DNA of 64,000 nucleotides from Vairimorpha necatrix (Eukaryota): NCBI GenBank assembly GCA_036630325.1, contig CP142728.1, positions 1,116,001 to 1,180,000 of the forward strand, read 5' to 3'. Shown piece by piece: positions 58,190 to 64,000 of this stretch (position 1 is its first letter; each line of letters starts with the position of its first letter). The notes under the pieces were generated by a model. It saw only the letters and a program-made list of their open reading frames with translations, ran no database searches and was not told where the DNA came from. The position numbers and the translations under genes were made by a program.

Positions 58190-58930
58190 GATGAGGCGCC
58201 CCTGGTAGTGGTTGATGGGAGTCTTTTTATGGGCATAGCTGGTCCAATCACTGGGGCATCAAAAGGTTATATTTGGTAAAGATTTTGTTAGAACAACTCA
58301 AAAAATGAAGATCGCTGTAATTATTAATTTGGGTTAGTGCTATTGTATGCCTTGAACCATAAGAAAATTAAGAAAACAATGTAGAATTGCAATTTGAGGC
58401 CCTAGATTAGCATATTTTTGGCGTGTCGTCGATACATAAAGTATTGCTGCGTAAAACCTAGTCGTCCTAAATTCTGGTGCACTCTGAAGGATCCCAGTGC
58501 CATTAAAATACTAAACAATGTAGAGTAATGAAAGATCTCATGTCCCTTTCTTGAAGAATTCGGCGCCACGGCAACCGAAACCGTGTAACCTAGTAATCAA
58601 CGTAGTTCATAATGTCGCGCGCTGCCGATGTTGTGGTGTTTTAAATCGCCTTTTGATTCGGATGATAGTGAAAAACTTTGTACTGGTGCAAGATGTTTTT
58701 AGTCAGTTAATTGTGACGATTTTCTAATAGTAGTTGTTTTCGGGCCACTCGAGACGCGATTCTAAGTATGGATAGAAAACTATTCTTCTGATGCTAAAGT
58801 TCAATGAATACGTCCGAACTTCTGCAAAGGCAAGTTATACGGATGAAGAATTAGTGAGTAAGAATTTGCACCTAACAGTTGGATTTTGACCAGGTAAGAT
58901 CTCCTGGTTCCTATCTTTTACCTAAAAGAA
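58190..58930. repeat. Dispersed GC-rich repeat, copy 3 of 3
   Basis: gttagaacaactca, tacataaagt, tgcactctgaaggatcc and cgcgattctaagtatgg blocks in the same order as the other copies. Boundaries approximate. Confidence 0.65.
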
Positions 58931-60650
58931 AATTAATAAAATTAGGTCTTAGGTTGCAACCACTTTATGTGCACAAGCAATCGGAACAAACCCCTATAAA
59001 AATATTTTTTTTGATTTTTGTAACATAAAATAAAACCTCAAGTATTAAAGATTCTTTCTATAAGATCTGCGTCAAACATATTTAAATAATATTGCGTAAC
59101 ATTCCTTAAATTCATCATCATCCCATTAATAATTGTTTTTATCCGCAAAAACAAAATTATGTAAAACAATTAACATTATTGATACAGTAATTACAAGTTT
59201 TAATAACCTGGGGCCTATTGAGATGCATATAAATATAAATATGACTTTCCGGAAACTTATTTGACTTATCTTTCTAACACGAACCAAAATTTTTTCTCAT
59301 GTGGTGACTTGATTAAATTGAACTAATCTTCACCCGCCATACACCAAAAAGACCGATAAAACCCCCAAATATAAACATAATATGGACAAGAGTTTTTTCG
59401 TCAAGTAAAGATCAACTATGTCGATAAGACATGGGCTTGATAGTAAACAATTGAGTTTTTTTTGGTAATTAAATAGGAAAAAGTCTACAAGAAAACCATC
59501 GGGAACCACGAGTAGCGAATTCCGAGAAAGTAAAATAACGAATATAAAGGTATTGTGTAAAAGTGAACTAAGTTTATTGTAAAAACCACCTTGTTCATTG
59601 TTTTTTTTCGCATGGCTTGCCTTACGTTTACAGATTCCTCTTCGTAATAATTATACATAGAGGTGTGTGCGAGAATTTATTTTTGTATATTTTAACTTAT
59701 TATACTTCAATAACAATTCATTGGAAAATGCCTTCGGGCGTTTATCGCATTGTATGTCCTTGATTTACTATTTAAGGTACATATTCTAGCTAATGTAGTA
59801 ATTTTTAACCTTTGCGGGCAATAAAACAACAAGATTTGCTCATCAATAGTATCAAAGATAATGTTATAAAGCAACAAGTGCTTCATATATTATGAATTAA
59901 TGGTAGTTTTATAATAAAGCATAATTTTTAATTCTAGTATTCGTCAATCCACATCTTTTTTCGGTGGAGTATTTGGCCTCTAGCTCACAGGCAATTATAT
60001 ACTTTGATGTATTATAAATCACTATTTTTAGATCAGATTTCTAAGAAATTTGATAAAAGTTTTTAAACAGCTAATTTATTGTTAATAAGCATAGTGTCTT
60101 TATTTCAATAGTTGCTAATATTCATTTGACTTTTTCTGCAAACTTCCTTTTATATTTATATTTCATTTGTGAATATTGTTTGCAAGAATAACGGCAATTG
60201 CCGCTCTAGCTTGTAAGTATAATTCTAAAATATTCTTTTGTACGTTTAGTGACGTCTTCCACGCCATCGACGAAGACTTTAAATAGTTACTTTTAGCCAA
60301 TAACAACACAAGTACCTTGGAATGTACCACATTAAATCATCTAAAAGTGCTGTCTTTTGCTAAATCTCTTCGAAAATTCTTAGTCTTTGAATGACCACAA
60401 GATAATCGCTGTGATACACTTTTAAAAAAATATTTTTGACAAAATAGCTTCAATATTCGGAATTAATAACCCGAATATTATTTATATTATATTTAATCAA
60501 AATAATATTTTTATAACTCAACAGGATGGTGGTCTTCGCTTAAATATGATATATACCCACCTTTTGCTTCCGTGGTAAATCAATATTCAAAAAATGGAAA
60601 GAGGCTTGCCATAAGGCATATATTCAAAATTTGCAATTTGGTTTATTTTC

Positions 60651-61777
60651 GGTTAAATTGCGATGTTGCCCCCACCCCTAAAAAAATAAAAAAAAGGGGG
60701 AAAAATAAAAAAAAGACAAAACTAAAATTTATTCAATTAATTCAAAATCAAATTCCGGGGCTAACTCGTAAAATAAAACCCATATATTTTGAACTTCAAA
60801 AAAGCATAACATTCTTTCAAGTAGTGATTCTCTATAAATTAACTTAAAACGAGTTAAAAAAGTCTTCGAATTAGATTCATTAAAGAACCGTGGCTTGTTC
60901 CTTCTTTGCGCAATTCCCTTTTAATTACACACCACATTCCCTCAATTGTTTGGGGTGTGGGCGCCTGTTGTTGGATTTACAAAATTTTGGCTACGATTTA
61001 CAGTTAAATGTAAATAGTTATTATCCGGACATAGTTCCGAAAACCCTTCATAACCCCGCCAACAATCAGTAATAATTGTAGATCCAGGTGCGATTTTTCG
61101 TTTTATTAAATCGACAAGAGTAGTTCTTAATCGATTTTCAACAATTTCGAAAAAAAAAGAATTGCCGTCTCCTCTTACAACACCACCAACAGCCCAAACT
61201 TGGTATTGAAGGATTCTACCGTTATGGTTTTTACTTTTAACAAGCAATGTCTCGTCTATTTTAACTACGCAATTTAAACTCCTATGGTTTTGTTTTGAAG
61301 GTAGTGAAATAGGAAAAGAATACAGCGTTATTTAAACGCGTAAACCAGCGAGATATGGTACTACTATCTATATCCAATTCGATAGTAGATGAAATATTGC
61401 TTACACCTTTAACCATTCACACAGCAAAATTAAAAGATCTTCGATATCTAATCTAGAACTTTTAAAAATGCTTTCTTTGTAAATGTTACCTTTGTTTGAG
61501 CATTTTCTTCCATTTCGTCGTAAGTAACAACGATATTTGTCCAAATTATTTCTAATTTTGGTCATGAGTGTCATGCACTTATTGCACATTGGTACCTTTA
61601 ATATATTTTTTTCAAGAAGAAAAAAAAATAATTCCTCTTTTTTATATATTAATTTTCTAAAATTCTTTATGTTCATTTTAGGGGTATAATTTTATTCCTT
61701 TTTTTCTTTTTCCCCTTTTTTTTTATTTTCCCCCTTTTTTTTATTTTTTTAGGGGGGAACAACATCGCAATTTAACC
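60651..61777 (-). mobile_element. Merlin (IS1016/IS1595-like) DNA transposon with disrupted transposase
   Basis: TIRs ggttaaattgcgatgttg / caacatcgcaatttaacc with subterminal G/C-tract repeats; 8-bp TSD ttattttc; Zn-ribbon CNKC, IDET, WAVGG, ITDCWRGY, TVN..NFV.P.TGAHT. Confidence 0.93.
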
Positions 61778-62860
61778 TTATTTTCTTTATAATAGCTTTA
61801 TGTAGCGTAAACTTATGTAATAAAATGTTGAAAGAATACGTCAACACGTAGTATACATCGATTGAGCTTTTCTGCCTTATTAATTGTTTAAGCAACCTTG
61901 TTATGTTGTCGTATATAAAAAATTTCAAAAAGATATCTACCATGAAAGTGGAGATAGCGATTTTAGTTAACTGATAATATACTAGTATTGAGTTGTTTTT
62001 ATGAGATATATCTGTTTTTAAAACTAGGTGAATTCGTCGTAATTGTAAACTCTGAAGATGCTTAGTAGTTGACTGGAAAAGGCGTATATAAGTGTTTATG
62101 TAATTAAAAATTTTAACTGCGAAGAAAATGTCTCGGCAGTAATGTCAAGCATATCTAGCCAAATTAAATGTCTTGATATGAGCACTTCGTCGTGAAAGTT
62201 TTTTATTAAATTTTCATTTTTCACAAATTTTTTTTTGTCTTAAAAATATAGAGGTCGACTCGGCTTAATTAAATTTCCACTATTTTTTTCCAACTATCAA
62301 CAAGAAAATTGGTTGTTTTAACTAATTTACCAATATAGCTATGAATAAAAAATTTGATTATAAATAAATTTAATTGATCACATTTCCATTCATATCCTGA
62401 TCTGTACTTCTTAAAATTTTTATACATTGTATTAGATTGATTTTAATATCATGTTTATTTATAAAAAAGCATACGCCAGTCAACTATATAATAAACACAT
62501 AGAAGTAGGCATTAGAGAGGCAAGACGTGAGATACGGATGATCATAAAATCGACAATATAGCTATAATAAGTAATCACAATATAAACGAGCTCTTACAAT
62601 TACTTCGATTTTGGGCTTTATAAAAATAAATTTAGCCTTGCAAGAAAATAATATGCGTTTTTTGATTATATAATAAAAGTAAAGCAAATTCAAGAAGGTC
62701 TGAATAAATATGTTCATATAAAAAGATTTTTCGAGTGCAGGAGATGCTTCATTAATAAAGATATGTACTAAAGAAGAGGCTTATGTAGAATGGACGTTAT
62801 TAAACATTACCAGGTAGTTAAAAGCTCGAATTTTAGACCCAATAATTAAAATAAATGTGT

Positions 62861-62882
62861 ATATATATATATATATATATAT
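62861..62882. repeat. (AT)n microsatellite
   Basis: About 11 AT units. Confidence 0.8.
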
Positions 62883-63004
62883 TTTCTAGCAAATATAATC
62901 GTATAAAATGCTGTTGTTGATTGATTATTAAAAGTACTGTAAAAATATACGTAGACAATACAAGTCATTTAATGTATATGGAATTTATATGTTCAATGTT
63001 TTTA

Positions 63005-63754
63005 TTAGAAAAGTTTATAAAGTATCAATGATTGTAGAGATCCGCCCAGTATTCCTCCTGCAAATTGAGCTAATAGATAAATATACCAATTATCCCATAT
63101 TCCTGATAATATCATAGGACTTAAAACAATCCCAGGATTAAAAGCTCCACCAGAACTACCAAGGCCAATTAAAGCACAGAATCCTAATGTAAATCCAATG
63201 GCCAAGGGGGCTGTAGTCTTCCTCCCTTCTGTTAATTGTTCGTCAGGGTCTAATTGATCCCCTTGTTCATCTTTGGGAGGGCTATAAGGATTTACTCCTA
63301 CAGCAAAAGCCACATACACTAGAATGGCAGTAAGAAATATTTCGGTAGCGAAAATATTCCCTCTATCAACATCATCTGATACTCTCTTGGGTCTAGCTAT
63401 ATCTAACTTATTTCTATATTTCCCTGGTAAACATGCTACAGAGCAAAGGCCTGCTATAATAAATCCGATTATTTGGAAAATTATAAAACAAATGCCTTTT
63501 AGAATTCCCAATTTTCCTAAACAAATAGCAGCAAATGTTATGGCCGGGTTAAAATGTGCTAAACAAATATCGCAGAAAGAATAAATGACGGCCAAGCCAC
63601 TAAAGGCAACAGTAAGGGCGACTATGACAGGAGCAGCAGCTTGACCAGTTTGTGTAGAGGCGATTATAGAAGTAAAGACAGCAAATCCAAAAATGAAAGA
63701 TGCGAACATTTCTCCAATATTTGCTTGGAGTTGTTTTATGACCCTTCTTACCAT
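63005..63754 (-). CDS. AQP: Aquaporin (MIP family)
   Basis: HFNPA and AFNPG boxes, hydrophobic TM segments. Confidence 0.93.
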   Translation of the reverse strand: MVRRVIKQLQANIGEMFASFIFGFAVFTSIIASTQTGQAAAPVIVALTVAFSGLAVIYSFCDICLAHFNPAITFAAICLGKLGILKGICFIIFQIIGFIIAGLCSVACLPGKYRNKLDIARPKRVSDDVDRGNIFATEIFLTAILVYVAFAVGVNPYSPPKDEQGDQLDPDEQLTEGRKTTAPLAIGFTLGFCALIGLGSSGGAFNPGIVLSPMILSGIWDNWYIYLLAQFAGGILGGSLQSLILYKLF

Positions 63755-64000
63755 ATTGTTTATGCAGTAATTTTCTTTTTATAAATCCATCAGTGAATTT
63801 GTTTACTAAGACAAACAAACTGTAAAAAGAAAGATCTAAATTTATTACATGTTATAAAGTAAAACTATAATAAACATACTAATTATATCAAAAATTACTG
63901 AATTCCAATCTTATGCATTTAAATTAAAAATAGAAGAATTAATCTTATAGATTATATAAATATATGTATGATCAAATAAAAAAATAAAATTTTGTTTATT

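Noticed and set aside
59560-60530. Possible Helitron or other pseudogene relic
   Set aside because: Coding-like composition but no convincing motif could be read.
368-63818. Many short ORFs antisense to real genes (e.g. 368-661, 20259-20678, 47980-48444, 51684-52232, 52562-53038)
   Set aside because: Shadow frames of AT-rich coding strands, F/L/S/I-rich and without motifs.

Overview
AT-rich, intron-poor eukaryotic DNA that looks microsporidian (Nosema/Vairimorpha-like). This is inferred from the compact genes, CCC/GGG motifs just upstream of ATGs, a hexokinase with a hydrophobic leader, a short mitosomal-type ferredoxin and a microsporidian-type aquaporin. Core gene islands: 0-13 kb (DnaJ, GPN GTPase, ABCG, Utp6, RPC1, hexokinase), 29.7-35.6 kb (tRNA-Met, Tpa1/OGFOD1, ferredoxin, Iws1, Smc4), 42-44 kb (Rpa43-like, tRNA-Thr, Rpn9) and 63 kb (aquaporin). 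Accessory DNA lies between them. It holds three LTR elements with very short LTRs (49, 55, 124 bp) in which an ATG is formed by the LTR/PBS junction; one is intact, one apparently lacks a protease and one is TRIM-like. It also holds Merlin and Tc1/IS630 DNA transposon relics, one of which splits the ABCG gene. Also present: a triplicated, decayed gene family with signal-peptide-like leaders, two membrane-anchored AAA ATPase paralogues, a three-copy GC-rich dispersed repeat, and a virus-like D5/SF3 helicase gene broken by a single frameshift and preceded by a host-type promoter motif. All calls come from reading the sequence; no database searches were run.
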